A stretch of DNA of 64,000 nt from Sporopachydermia quercuum (taxonomy: Eukaryota). The notes below the pieces were generated by a model. It worked only from the letters and a program-made list of their open reading frames with translations. It did no database searches and was not told the DNA's origin. The position numbers were made by a program, and so were the translations under genes. Location of the stretch: positions 1 to 64,000 of the forward strand of contig BCGN01000011.1 of NCBI GenBank assembly GCA_001599295.1, given 5' to 3'. Position 1 is the stretch's first letter; each line of letters begins with the position of its first letter. Below are positions 23,848 to 35,713 of the stretch, one piece after another.

Positions 23848-25297
23848 TTAATTTGAAGCTCCCTTCAAACCCTTCTTCTTCTTTTTCAAAATTTGCTCTC
23901 TAATACGTTTCCTTGGCTGTTGATCTTCTTCCAGTTCATTCCACATTTCTTCCTCATCAGACTCTTCTTTAAGCTTTCCTTTCCCATCAGTTTCAATGAC
24001 TTTGTTTTCTTCTTCTTCCTTGACAGCCAGCTCTTGATTCAAAGCAGCATTCACAATGAACACACTGTTGATTTTAGTACCAACATAAATCTTTGCCAGG
24101 ACTTGTTTAGAGTCAACTAAGTCATAAACTCGCAGATATCTATCTAGACCACCTGTAGCCAATAACGATCTATAATTTTCACTATAACTTTTGTTTTCTA
24201 ATGATGATTTTCTTTTCTTTTCATTGATGACTAAAGTATGTAAAGCAGTTGTTGCGCCTGTTGATCCTTTATATTTATGAACTAGACGGCCTGTTCGGTA
24301 GTCAAAAAATGCGGTGGTTACTCTGTTATCAGAACAAATAATGTGTCTATAATATGTAAATGTTAGTTAGCTCAACAGCATTGTATACATTACTGGGAAT
24401 ACCAGTGCAAATAACTAAAACAGTTTCAGCAATTCCAATAACAGAATGCTCGCAAAACACCTTTTAAACATACCCTTCCATATCCCCTTCTGTCACTTTC
24501 ACGATAGAATCCAATGATGTTTTATTACTTATGTAGGGCCTTTTACCCTTAGAAGTGTCATATACTCGAATATGACCATAATGAGTCGTAGTTACTAATT
24601 TCCAGAACTTTGGTGGGGTTTCAACAACATCTTCATCTTCTCTTTTGATTTCAAGCTCAGAAGGGTCTCCACCTGTTGGTGGTTTATCAACGAACATTAT
24701 TCCCGTAATCCATATTGGAACTCGTAGATCCAATTTATCATGTTTCACGTTTTTCCCTTTGAACAGTTCAACTATACTTTTGGATTTGATTTCAACAATC
24801 TGGATATCGTTTTCTTTACCACCAAATGCGTAGATATTGCGTTGATAAGGATGTGGTTCGAATGCACTTATTGGACCCTTCAGTATTAGTCTATCCAAAG
24901 GTACTTCTGCTAATGACTCAACTGACATCTCTTTCAGCCCATTTAGATTTATCAACGTTAAGTTACCATTTTCACTGCATACTGAAAGAATCCCATGCCC
25001 GAACTTCAGACTGACAAATGTGTCTTTTGCTGTCTTCAGATCATTCCATTGGAACACTTCTGTATAACTGGACAAGTGATATACTTGAACCGAGCCCTGT
25101 TCTCTAGCTGTGCAAACGTATTTGTGGTTTCTAATTGAGAGAACAATCAGCTGTTCAACTTTGTTACTAGATCCTTCTTCACAGACTGCTTTGATGGATA
25201 TTGGTTGAATGGCATCTTGTTTTGATGTATCAGTTCCTATGTTGAAAACAATCTCTTTGATACAGCCAGTTTCTTCTGTAGCTATGATAACTTTCAT
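23848..25297 (-). CDS. NSA1: Pre-60S factor Nsa1 (WDR74); two exons (25297-24474, 24346-23848)
   Basis: 'GTDTSKQ', 'AFGGKEND', 'FKGKNVKHDKLDLRVPIWIT', 'YGHIRVYDT..GKRP'. Exon 2 reads 'HIICSDN...YKGSTGA...LATGGLDRYLRVYD...YVGTKIN'. Confidence 0.93.
24347..24473 (-). other. Spliceosomal intron in NSA1 (127 nt, phase 2)
   Basis: On the minus strand, GTATGT at 24473-24468, branch AACTAAC at 24368-24362 and 3' TAG at 24349-24347. Splicing gives ...DMEG/HIICS... in frame with the 24162 ORF. Confidence 0.9.
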
Positions 25298-25476
25298 TAT
25301 GAATGCTTGTACTACGAAAAAGCAGTGTATGACTATAAAAAGTAGAAAATAAGCGGTACGAGTTTCATAAAGGTGACAAACGAAGTTTTAGTTAGAAGCT
25401 GTTGACAATCAGTTAAATAGAGGTAGGTAATTGTATAAATCACATAGAAATAGAAATTTTTTGTTTGATGTTACTC

Positions 25477-25502
25477 TATTTTTCACTTCCGAACAGGATG
25501 AG
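25477..25502. promoter_or_regulatory. RRPE-like and PAC-core elements upstream of NSA1
   Basis: TATTTTTCAC at 25477-25486 (reverse complement GTGAAAAATA) and GATGAG at 25497-25502, about 180-200 bp upstream of a ribosome-biogenesis gene. Confidence 0.5.
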
Positions 25503-25980
25503 ATGTAAAGTATTTCAAAGCATATTGACGGGTCATTCAGGAGACAAGTTTTATTCTGATTATGTGATACTCAAATAAAAGGGCAATTCAATTAACTTTT
25601 GAATATTGGATTAGTAGGGAGATGCTATCTATATGTCTAGTTGGTGTATTTTTCACTTACTTACAATGAGGAAAACTTTATAACCGTTCTTCTAGCATCT
25701 TAGAGTTTGTTTTGACGTTATTCTCCGAATACCTCGGTACTCAGAGCGGGCTAGTAGTCATTTACAAGATGTGACTTCGATTGTGAAATCCATCAAATTA
25801 AACGTCGTTGTTCATATACTAAATACAATATTCTATAATTCATTAGTGACAGTTCAATCTCTTTTCCATTTTCTTTCTTTTCTATGAAGTAAGCATGTTC
25901 TATAGAAGTATTAATTTATTTCTTCATCTTATTGCAGTAACTTCAGGGTTTCATTCATAATATATTGGATTCTTTTTCAA

Positions 25981-27081
25981 TCACATTACAGCCTCTTCAG
26001 GGTATAGATTTGGTTGTTCGGTGGATATAACGCTCATACATTGGAACTCATTAGAGTATGTGCTTTTCCAGAGTCTAACTTTACCATCATCACCAGCCGA
26101 ACTTAGAATGGTCCCCGTGAAATTCCATGACACTCTCCAAACTTCACCTTTATGATCATCAAATGCACCAAGCAGCTCAACATTTAACAACGGCTGAGGC
26201 TTTGCTAATTGGTTCAAATCGTTTACATCAATCTCCACACTCTCCTGTGTATCTTCTATCATTCTTATATCATTGTTAGCATCAGATCCATTGTCTAGCT
26301 TGGTAGAATCATTTCTGGCTATATTATTCGTTGTTAGCTTTGTAGTTATCTTATAGATTCTCACATAACCATCTTTGGAACCTGTAGCAAGCAGTTGATA
26401 GCTTCTTCCCATACTAGGAGCCCAAGCAACGTCTCTAATCAAGCCTTGGTGTTCATTTAACGTGGCCACAACAGTTAGTCTACCTCTTGCATCACGAGAA
26501 TATATCAGTCCTTGGTCTAATGCACATACTACTAGTCTTTCCGAGGTGAACTTTGATGGACACCATGTGATCGCAAAAGCCGATTGCAATTGACGCGCAG
26601 GTGGCGATGATAGTATATTAACTTCTGCTGTACAAGTCCACGACCTCAAATCGTTATGTTCCAGGGCATCATAGATACGGAAATAACCATCTGATCCAAT
26701 GGCACCTAAACGCAATCCTAAATTGCTAGGAGCAAATGCTATGTCATACACAGGGCCATTTGAATTCGCTAGAACCGCTCTCCTTTTCCATCTTCTACCT
26801 GAACCATGTTGTTCAGACCTGTCTTCCTCAAAAATCCTCACACTTCTATCATATGAGCATGAAGCAATTAATTGACCAAACTCTGGTACTGCCCATACAA
26901 CTTTTGATACAGCTGAGTCATGTGCTTTCCAAGAATCTGACAAAACCCATGAGCCGGGAGTAGGACCACTATCAAATACTTTTATATGATGATCGGCCGA
27001 GCATGTTGCTATTCGTTTACCGTAGAAATCATAAGCAATATCTTGAACTAGATCTTCATGACCAGTTATAAGAGGTCTCAT
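25981..27081 (-). CDS. SEH1: Nucleoporin/SEA(GATOR2) complex WD40 protein Seh1
   Basis: 'TGHEDLVQDIAYDFYGKRIATCSADHHIKVFD', 'PEFGQLIASCSYDRSVRIFEE', 'WAPSMGRSYQLLATGSKDG', 'TGTILSSAGDDGKVRLWK'. Confidence 0.96.
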   Translation of the reverse strand: MRPLITGHEDLVQDIAYDFYGKRIATCSADHHIKVFDSGPTPGSWVLSDSWKAHDSAVSKVVWAVPEFGQLIASCSYDRSVRIFEEDRSEQHGSGRRWKRRAVLANSNGPVYDIAFAPSNLGLRLGAIGSDGYFRIYDALEHNDLRSWTCTAEVNILSSPPARQLQSAFAITWCPSKFTSERLVVCALDQGLIYSRDARGRLTVVATLNEHQGLIRDVAWAPSMGRSYQLLATGSKDGYVRIYKITTKLTTNNIARNDSTKLDNGSDANNDIRMIEDTQESVEIDVNDLNQLAKPQPLLNVELLGAFDDHKGEVWRVSWNFTGTILSSAGDDGKVRLWKSTYSNEFQCMSVISTEQPNLYPEEAVM

Positions 27082-27356
27082 CGCGATTGATTGATATATG
27101 ACGTGGAGTATGAAAGAGCTTTAACAATGAACAATCAGTCTCAATCAAGATAAATCTTTGTTATTTTAAAGTAGCTGGAATCAATAAAATGATGAATTTC
27201 AGAGACATAATTCGATTGATAAGAGATCGAAGTTTCAAAATATAGAATGAAGGTTAATAAATATTACGAAACATCAGGAAGTTTCTTATTGAGATTAGAG
27301 GGGAAGTTCTTGATATAGTTTATGATTTTCGTTTTGAGCAGAAAAGGGATTTTATT

Positions 27357-27366
27357 GTCACGTGAC
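27357..27366. promoter_or_regulatory. Palindromic bHLH (Cbf1-type) site GTCACGTGAC upstream of SEH1
   Basis: Perfect 10-bp palindrome about 280 bp upstream of the SEH1 ATG. Confidence 0.45.
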
Positions 27367-27587
27367 TAATTAGTATTGGAAGAGATAATCTGAAATAAAC
27401 AGATAAATATACGTTGCGCATTAAATGATGGTATGATGTTAAATACACATAATAATAGTACAATTTGAGTGGTGTGTTGGGTATGCCTGTGATAAGGGCA
27501 TACCATGAAAATATTAAAGTATAACATTAAGAGAAGTGTGACGAGCTATGTGTATATGGATATGAACGAGAAACAACCTCCAAAGAG

Positions 27588-28499
27588 TTATGACGTTCGA
27601 ATCTTTTTGAATTTATCTCTTGCTTGTTTTTTTGATATCAGCCTTTCCAGATTATTTTTTATTAACCGTTTCGATGGTTGATAACCAACGCTATTATCGA
27701 TATCTGCTTTAGCATGTTTCTTTTCTTTGCTGGCAAGCTTGAATACATTTGGTTTCTTGATAGGTTTTGATTTGGTCGAAAAACTTAATTTCTTCTTTAT
27801 CTCATCATTTGAAACATTTTCACTTTCGATCTTCTTCGCGTTATTCAACTGTAGTTTTACTGGACCCTCAGTTTTCAGTAGTTTACCTCTATTTTCGAGC
27901 TCCTCCTTTTCTTGCTTGAGTCGTAATGAATTCTCCTGCGACTGCTTCTGGGCTTGTTCAACCTGTTTTGCAAGAAATCTCAGTTGGATTTCTTGTTCTG
28001 ATTTCTTTAGTTTTTCCGCTTTCTTCAAAGATTCCTGCCGCAGAGTGCTCTCTGATGATTTATCAATGTACGACAAACAGAGGCCATCCCTTTCATCATT
28101 GACCACTCTACATATGCCTTCTTTACCTAAATATGCAACAAAAGCTGTTAATGAAGACCATTTTGTGGAATTCATGTGAATGTGATTTTTATCTTGAATG
28201 TACTCTTGGTATACTAAATTAGCTTTCTTTCTCTTCTCTCCATGTTTTGTTTTGAGTATCGATAAAAATCCTCTGAGAAATTCTTCTGAATATTTGTCGA
28301 TAGCTTCAGCACCATTACGACTTTCAGCAATTTCGAGCATTCTTCTTAAATGCGATTCACTTTGAGTATGACACTTGAATCCATTTTCATCTCTACATTG
28401 CTTTTCGCACACTTGACAGTACCATTTCAACTTCAGAAGACCTTTCGCCTTCATCTGGTTCGCAAGGAACTTTGGTGTCCCAAATTCTGCACGTCCCAT
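27588..28499 (-). CDS. RTS2: KIN17-like C2H2 zinc-finger protein Rts2
   Basis: 'MGRAEFGTPKFLANQMKAKGLLKLKWYCQVCEKQCRDENGFKCHTQSESH' and 'YQEYIQDKNHIHMNSTKWSSLT'. Confidence 0.95.
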   Translation of the reverse strand: MGRAEFGTPKFLANQMKAKGLLKLKWYCQVCEKQCRDENGFKCHTQSESHLRRMLEIAESRNGAEAIDKYSEEFLRGFLSILKTKHGEKRKKANLVYQEYIQDKNHIHMNSTKWSSLTAFVAYLGKEGICRVVNDERDGLCLSYIDKSSESTLRQESLKKAEKLKKSEQEIQLRFLAKQVEQAQKQSQENSLRLKQEKEELENRGKLLKTEGPVKLQLNNAKKIESENVSNDEIKKKLSFSTKSKPIKKPNVFKLASKEKKHAKADIDNSVGYQPSKRLIKNNLERLISKKQARDKFKKIRTS

Positions 28500-29544
28500 T
28501 GTAAATGAATATTTCTTTAGAAAGCTTTAAGGAACCTCTTTGAAGGCACAAGTGATTTTTAATTCAATTCTAACAATTGTGGCCACGTAAATGATCGAAC
28601 ACAAGTAGATAAGAAATACTAAATAATGATGTAGAAGTAATGTTAGCAAATTTGATGAGTGAACAGAAGATATTCAGGTGTGCGCAAGTATGCATATTTA
28701 TGCAATACTGAAATAGAGTTTAAGCATTGCAGTAACATTGCATAAATTGATAAACTTTATTTATAGTTAGCTGNAGTACATTTGTATATCCTAAAAGATT
28801 TGTGTATAGCGAGCGATTCGAATAAAATTCTAAGGTGTATTAATATATCTAATAGAAAAAGTTCATTAGATCTTAAAGTTATTATTAAAACCAGAACTGA
28901 AACATGCCGGATATTCACTGGGGAAGTTGCACACTCTTTTTATACCCTTCCATTCAGGCTGTTCCTAAGCATTAGCAGATAGAACCTGCTCCCAGCTTTG
29001 AGAACTCTCAACAAAGGAATCCATGTTAAACTCGTAATAATGAGCTTCTTTTCTCGGTTACTTTCTTTTATATTTATTCAAGTAAAGTATAATTTACTTT
29101 GATCACCAAATCTTTCCATTCTCACTTTACATGCTTGTCATAAATCTTATTTTCTTCTGCATCTGTATGCATTATCCTGCAGACTATTTGCTTCTATCCA
29201 AATCTGTGCCACTTTACGAAACTGTTCTGCTTTCTCTTTCTTTCCATAATGTTCTAGATTAGGTATATCACGAACTCATACATCGAATAGATTAACATCT
29301 ATATATCATCTCAAGAGCGAGGTGGTATTTCAAAGACTGGAGGTAGCTAGAAAGTTAGAAGGTGAAAGAGAAAAGCTGGACTGAGAAGTTTGATCGATCT
29401 ACATTTATACATGATTGATAAGAATTGCTGAGATTATTGATTCCTGTTGGTTCCAGTGCTAGCTGCCGATGGTATAATACGAATTAAAGGATATAATATT
29501 AATATTAACTACCAAGCACTTTGTTTTACATAAGTTGATTAATC

Positions 29545-30609
29545 ATGTTCAGAATACTATTCAGCCAACAAAAATTAGCAAGTGGTACTAATCTTGGCAC
29601 TGGTTTTACTGCAAGAGTCAAAAGTAAAAAGTATGCAAAACTAATTGTTGAACGACGCTATGCAACATATCATAAGTTTGATGAACCACCATTAGCTGTA
29701 ACAACTGCTACAATATTTGGACATAGGACGACAAGGATTTTGATTGCTTTGGGAATAATCCCATTATGCTACTATGCTACAAAATTTGAACCCGCTCCTG
29801 TCACTGGGCGAAGGAGATTTATGGCTGTCAGTCCAGAGATTGAAAGAAGAATGGGTGAATATATGTATCGACAACAGCTAGCAGCCCTGAAAGGTCAGTT
29901 TTTGCCATCTTCAGATCCCCAGACGATTCGAGTAGCCAGAGTCATCCGAAGGATATTGGAAACAATCAAGCAGGATTCTGACCCATCTAAAAGCTTGAAT
30001 GTTACATTTGATGAGAATACTACAAAAGCTGGAGCAGAGCTTTTGAAGAACGACTGGAAGATTCATGTTATTAATGACCCTCAAGGGCCACCAAATGCTT
30101 TTGTTATGCCCTCAGGGAAAGTGTTTGTTGTGTCCTCAATTCTTCCTCTGTGCAGTACTGACGATGAACTAGCAACAGTTCTAGCTCATGAGGTATCACA
30201 TCAATTAGCCCGTCATACAGGTGAGCAATTGTCAAAGTCACCTATTTATATGCTCATGTCATTGTTCCTATATACAATAACTGGATCTAGCGGGCTCAAT
30301 GATTTGCTGATTTCGTCATTCTTTGAAAGACCTGCATCCAGAGAAATGGAGACTGAAGCAGACCACATAGGGCTCATGTTGATGAGTAGTGCGTGCTACG
30401 ATCCCAGGGCTGCAATAACATTCTGGAATAAAATGGCAGCAGTGGAAAGATCTATGGGAAATAGTGGAAATGTTTTAGCAGGTATTTTTAGTACCCATCC
30501 TCTCAATGAGACAAGAATTTCTAATATGAAGAGTTGGATGGAAGAAGCATATCAAAAACGTGAGGCAGCTGGTTGCGAATCATACTCTGCTTTCAGAAGC
30601 CTGTTCTGA
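29545..30609 (+). CDS. OMA1: Mitochondrial M48 metalloendopeptidase Oma1
   Basis: 'APVTGRRRF', 'PNAFVMPSGKVFV', zinc motif HEVSH, 'SREMETEADHIGL', 'STHP', and a basic mitochondrial-type N-terminus. Confidence 0.95.
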   Translation: MFRILFSQQKLASGTNLGTGFTARVKSKKYAKLIVERRYATYHKFDEPPLAVTTATIFGHRTTRILIALGIIPLCYYATKFEPAPVTGRRRFMAVSPEIERRMGEYMYRQQLAALKGQFLPSSDPQTIRVARVIRRILETIKQDSDPSKSLNVTFDENTTKAGAELLKNDWKIHVINDPQGPPNAFVMPSGKVFVVSSILPLCSTDDELATVLAHEVSHQLARHTGEQLSKSPIYMLMSLFLYTITGSSGLNDLLISSFFERPASREMETEADHIGLMLMSSACYDPRAAITFWNKMAAVERSMGNSGNVLAGIFSTHPLNETRISNMKSWMEEAYQKREAAGCESYSAFRSLF

Positions 30610-31064
30610 TTCGATTTGGAGAACAATGTTGATACATAGAAATGAAACGAAGTATATTTTGAAGTTCCATATATATCACTTGCTAGCGTTTAGTATGTTT
30701 TTGTTTTTGTTTTATTCATATACATTTAAACCATTCATGAAATCTGAAAAGACTAATTTCTGAGATTATAACTGTATGATGAATAAAGTCCGGAAATAAT
30801 ACTGTTCTCCCTTCTTTCCTGATCATCTCCGAACTTACATAAATAGGAAATGATAGGCCTAATCTTTTATATAGTCTCCGAAGTCCTCTCCTCTCTAAGA
30901 ATAAAAAGAACGTCCATTTATTTCCTCCTCTCATCACCTTTTTCAAAATGCCTTACATCAAATTGTTTTACTATCATTTCTACAATTTATATATGAATAG
31001 ACGGAGGAATATTCATATCCTTCTTATTTTCCCGTATACTCTATCTTCTATACGTAGCTTCACG

Positions 31065-31685
31065 ATGTGGCACCAAAATCAAATGATACTACGAATGGTG
31101 AGACCATTAAGAAGTTTCTCCCCAATGACAAGAGTGATCAACTTCAATACAAGTAATGCATTATATCAGAGATATGAAAGCACGCAGGCAGCTGAAAATA
31201 ATCACCCAAAAAGGCCAATGGTTGTTAACGAGGAACTTCCTGACGTTTTTGCTGCCCGTAGAAAGAGACGACTACAATTTGGTGCATTTTTGGTGGTAAT
31301 GACAATCACACTTCTAGGTACATTCAACTATGAGAAGCAGAGCTCTCCAGTAATTACTTCTTCAATGTATACATTACGCAGAAGCAGTAAAGCCCATGAG
31401 ATTTTGGGTAATAACATCAAGTTCAATAGTCCTGTACCATGGATTAGAGGACCTATTCAACATGTCAAGGGTTATGTTGATATAATATTTTCAGTTAAGG
31501 GAGACAAAGGAAAAGGTGTTGTTAGGTTGAAGGCTGATCGTGAGAATCGTAAATCTGAATTTCTTATTCATGAGTGGTCCTTAACTGTCGGTGATCAAGT
31601 ATTTGATTTATTGGAAGATGCCGATCCTATTAACTCGCTCGCCAAACCAGCATCTAAGAATATTTCAGGATTTTCTGAATCATAG
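31065..31685 (+). CDS. COA1: Cytochrome c oxidase assembly factor Coa1 (start probably ATG 31065)
   Basis: Mitochondrial presequence, 'ELPDV', one TM, then 'FNYEKQSSPVITSSMYTLRRS...ILGNNIKF...PWIRG...KGYVDIIFSVKGDKGKG'. Confidence 0.88.
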   Translation: MWHQNQMILRMVRPLRSFSPMTRVINFNTSNALYQRYESTQAAENNHPKRPMVVNEELPDVFAARRKRRLQFGAFLVVMTITLLGTFNYEKQSSPVITSSMYTLRRSSKAHEILGNNIKFNSPVPWIRGPIQHVKGYVDIIFSVKGDKGKGVVRLKADRENRKSEFLIHEWSLTVGDQVFDLLEDADPINSLAKPASKNISGFSES

Positions 31686-31882
31686 GTTGAAAGATGACTG
31701 ATGACTGAGTTGAAAAATCGTTATATGGTAAGTTATTTACACTTATTTCTTGTTTATTGTACATATCTGAATAATATATTATGTTTATTATACGGGATAA
31801 AATGATACACAGAAACTGATGGTGTTTCACGACATAAGGCTACAAGTGTGGCATTACAACTCTCTGACTTGGTTCTATTTAT

Positions 31883-33568
31883 CTAGACAAACTGCTGGTT
31901 GAGAGCATTTCGTAAATGCAATTTGTTTTTGATATTGGAACTAGGAACATAAGAATTCAATTGGACGTTTGATGAACCGCTTGTTTTTGACGATATGTTA
32001 GTTGAAGATCTAGTAGATTTTATAGTTTTCATACTTGGTGATTTAAGTCTAATTGGAGAGCTAGGGAAAAACGTTTCATCAAATGAACTCATCACGGAAG
32101 AAAAAGGTGAGGTTGATGCAGACATTGAAATTGCTTTGGAAGATGTTAATGGAACTTTTAAGTCTTTGAACTTCTTCTTGGGTGAGAACTGTAGAAATGT
32201 CGTTGACGATGATTTTGATAGATTACCAGCAGCCTTAGGGAAATCAGGTTTTGGTAAATGGTTGGACGAAGAAATTGAAGTTATTGCTGTTGAAATTGAA
32301 GCTGGAGCAACAGAAGTCTCGCTTGTAGAAGTAGAATTCAGTTCTGCGATACGTGATTGAAGTAACTTCGAAGATAATAGTTTTGGGAATTTGGGAAAAC
32401 CTGAAGCTGGCTCTTCATCAGATACATTTTGAGCAGCGTTTGGAGGACCCATAAAAGTGTTTTCATTCTCTTTATCATCTAAAGGGAAAAGATCAACTGA
32501 GCTTCTTGAGGCTGAAGTTGAAGCTTTCGAAGAGTGAATTGGCTCAATTGATTCATCGCAGTCGTCTGCCAATGATGAAATGTCTGATTTTATTTCATTG
32601 ACAGAAGAATTATCTTTGTCATGATAAGGAAGTATGATAGAAGCAGGATTATTCGTTCTGTCACGCTGTTTGTTTTCGTTGATAGTTACGGTATCAATCG
32701 TAGGACTGCATGATTCATGTTCAAGTGTTGTATACGCGTTTGCATTTGAATCCCGTAACACTTTTGCCAGCATTTCATGCTGTCCAGGTTCAATAGTACT
32801 ACTTAAATCTGTAATATAGCTGGTTTTATTGTATGTTTCAAAGCTTTTATCTGACTTAATACTGCCATATTCCGTTTCTTCCACCGCATCATTTTTCCTG
32901 GATTTATCCAAATGGTTAATTTCTGGTTCCGTTTTTTTCGACAGACTGTCATTTGTGCTAGTGCTTGATATTTCTTTTGCATGTATGCTTTTTTCTTCTT
33001 TTATATCACTCAATACGTTGTTTTCAAATGTGTTGTTTCGACCTTCCCTGCCCTGCCTTCGAAATTCTCTATCAAGCACTGCACACGAGGGGCCTCTCTC
33101 ACGAACTTTCAAAGGTGAAGGTGGACTTGGTATTATACTGTTATTCTCAAATATTGGATATGAGGAATTTGAATACATGTTATTGAATGAGTTTGGGCTT
33201 CCATGTTTCTTACCTTCGGTATTAACAATGTCAGATTCCGAACTAGGTAAAGAAGTCGTATTATACATATGTTTTTCATTATAACCAGACTGAGGATAAG
33301 AAGGTGAAGCCAGAGTCGAGTCAGTATTATAAAAGGGGTACTGATCGTCTGGTTCTATTCCTTCATCTTCGTCTAGTAAATCGTTTCTTGATTCTAGTTT
33401 GAACCTTCTATTGGTTCTCAGCCAAATTAGAAATAGAACAAAAAGTACAACTCCGACAGTGATACCAACTGCTAAACCAATCGTTAGAACTGTACTAGAA
33501 GATCCTGAACAATTTTTATCGTTTGAATTTGAGCAAGAATCTCTTTTCAGCAGGCTGTAGACACCCAT
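31883..33568 (-). CDS. Skg1/Skg6-like single-pass plasma-membrane protein with a long disordered Ser-rich tail
   Basis: Short extracellular Cys pair (KRDSC...NC), TM 'LTIGLAVGITVGVVLFVLFLIW' followed by 'RRFKLE', then a low-complexity cytosolic region. Confidence 0.65.
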   Translation of the reverse strand: MGVYSLLKRDSCSNSNDKNCSGSSSTVLTIGLAVGITVGVVLFVLFLIWLRTNRRFKLESRNDLLDEDEGIEPDDQYPFYNTDSTLASPSYPQSGYNEKHMYNTTSLPSSESDIVNTEGKKHGSPNSFNNMYSNSSYPIFENNSIIPSPPSPLKVRERGPSCAVLDREFRRQGREGRNNTFENNVLSDIKEEKSIHAKEISSTSTNDSLSKKTEPEINHLDKSRKNDAVEETEYGSIKSDKSFETYNKTSYITDLSSTIEPGQHEMLAKVLRDSNANAYTTLEHESCSPTIDTVTINENKQRDRTNNPASIILPYHDKDNSSVNEIKSDISSLADDCDESIEPIHSSKASTSASRSSVDLFPLDDKENENTFMGPPNAAQNVSDEEPASGFPKFPKLLSSKLLQSRIAELNSTSTSETSVAPASISTAITSISSSNHLPKPDFPKAAGNLSKSSSTTFLQFSPKKKFKDLKVPLTSSKAISMSASTSPFSSVMSSFDETFFPSSPIRLKSPSMKTIKSTRSSTNISSKTSGSSNVQLNSYVPSSNIKNKLHLRNALNQQFV

Positions 33569-35713
33569 CCTTTTTCGAGTTTGACTTTCCTTTTCCTAAT
33601 GCCTTGCACAAGAGGACACAGAATAGAATGAAGGGAACAATTTTCTTTCTGTGGTGTTGAGAGAAACAAATAAAATTGATAAAAAGACACAGTGTCTGTT
33701 TTAATGTCTCACAAACAGAGACCGATGTTTTATCTATAACTCAGTCCAAAGAAGTACTTATGTATGATTCTAATGCTGGTTCTAACTTCATTTCTACTCT
33801 AGTCTTTTGATAATATCTTCACTTCCAGTGACTTCAAAAATTTTTTAATTTTTAATTTTTAATTATTTTTTTTTTGATAAGATGTGGAGAATCGACGGTC
33901 AAAGTACGAAATTTCTCTAGGAATTCCTTTATTATTCAATTGGAGTAGAATACTCTTTATCGGTAATCTTCAAAAGGAACAGGAAATGAGTTGACGAAGA
34001 CCTTGAATTAGAGTTCAAAATGGCATTAAGTTAGGATATTGCATTGCTTAATACAGAAACTAAGCTGCTCAATGAGTTCAAGTTAGACAGTTTGTTACAA
34101 AACTCTAATAAATTTTAACATGTAAGAAGAGAGAAAGAGCCAGTACGAGCTCTTATAAGTTCTAGGTCTTCTTAGTAACAGAAGAATCACTGTAAAGAGT
34201 AGAGATGACGGGGAAAGCGAATGAAAAACTGAAAGTTCATTCAAATATTACCTGGGAGAAAAAGGAGATAAGTGATTATTGTATATAAAAGCGGCCGTTT
34301 TATAGTTAGTATATCACACAACAAGAGTTTCAATTTCAACTGTTACATGCGCGGAGCGTTGACACTGCGATTCTCAAACAATGAAATATAAATACTGGTT
34401 CAATGACGTATGATAACGAAGCAAGTTAATTGAGGAACCTGTAATTTCAAAATCACCGTTGATTTGGCAATTTGACATGAAATAAACCGCTCGATTAAAT
34501 AAACTGTACACGGAAATACTCATCAAAGCAATACCATTAAGCCTTACGTAATGAAGTTTCAAATGAGCGGCGAATACTGTTTCCATAATCCATATAACAA
34601 TTTTCATCTTTGATTGACACTCAGAATACGATAATTATTATCACGCCAGGTTCAAAGCATTTTTACTCCAGGCCAGGGCTATTTAGCTACGATCACAGGC
34701 GACTTTCCTCTAGTTTACTCTCAACTGATATTTATGTCGCTTTTCCTTGTTGCATAACAAGCGGATAAGCTATAGAATAAGGAGGGAAAATCCACTGGAA
34801 CTGCCACCATAATAAGGTTCATCATATGTATCTTTTGAGTGAGGGTAAACTGCCAATAAATTAACAACAATCCGTAAAACAACTGATACAACCGAGTGAT
34901 TTCTTCTCGCAGGTTGAAAATAAACACTGAAGGCATACAACATGGAATTATGATGGATTCTAATAATAAATAAAGTTCAGAACATCTCTATTTGTCAGAT
35001 AAGGTTTGTAGTGTGTTTTACCGGATAAGAAAACTTTGTTGCAAATAAGTAATAAAGTTGAACTTTTGGGCGATGAGCCAGCGATTGCAATAGCCTCAAA
35101 CGTTGAATTCATTGAATATCAGGTTGTTCTTAATGTTCATTTCCTGAACCAAAGCGCTCGTGGCTTCTCTGGGTTCTACGGAAACAAATAGTGCGTTTTT
35201 TATACTGTGCATTGTTGGAAAAAAGGTGTCTATACCTTTTTTGGTTTGGATGTTGGTTCATGCATTCTATTCAGTTTGATTGACTACATGTACAGGTAAT
35301 GCTAGAAGGACGCTTGCACACGAAGAAGAATCCCCATCTTTCAAACAGGGATTGATTCTTATGAGCTTGAGCAAAGCTAAATTTTTTCAGTCGTAGATGA
35401 TTTCAACTCGTGTTGCAATGGAGTAAATAATATCAGATACCATAGAACTAGCTAATGTTAGGCACCAAAGTGGAGTGCCAAACTTTAAAATATGTAGTAA
35501 TCTTAGAAACATTGTTAGTCTAATGGCGTACAATCATCATCAGAACTCATGTCATTCATCATAAGTAGGAGTACTACTAATAAAATACTATATAAATCCA
35601 ATTGAAAGATTTTCCTTTGAACTGAGACCACAATAGTAAGCAAATACATTTAAGCATTATGGTTAAGTTCTAGGCGAAAAACCTCACACACTTGGTAGTG
35701 ATTCGATCCATAT

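Noticed and set aside
27357..27480. CDEI-like GTCACGTG as a point centromere
   Set aside because: There is no >90% AT CDEII or CDEIII consensus, and point centromeres are not expected in a complex-I-retaining yeast.
30948..31064. N-terminal extension of the COA1 ORF
   Set aside because: The AT-rich, Tyr/Ile-biased sequence looks non-coding, and the mitochondrial presequence starts at or after ATG 31065.
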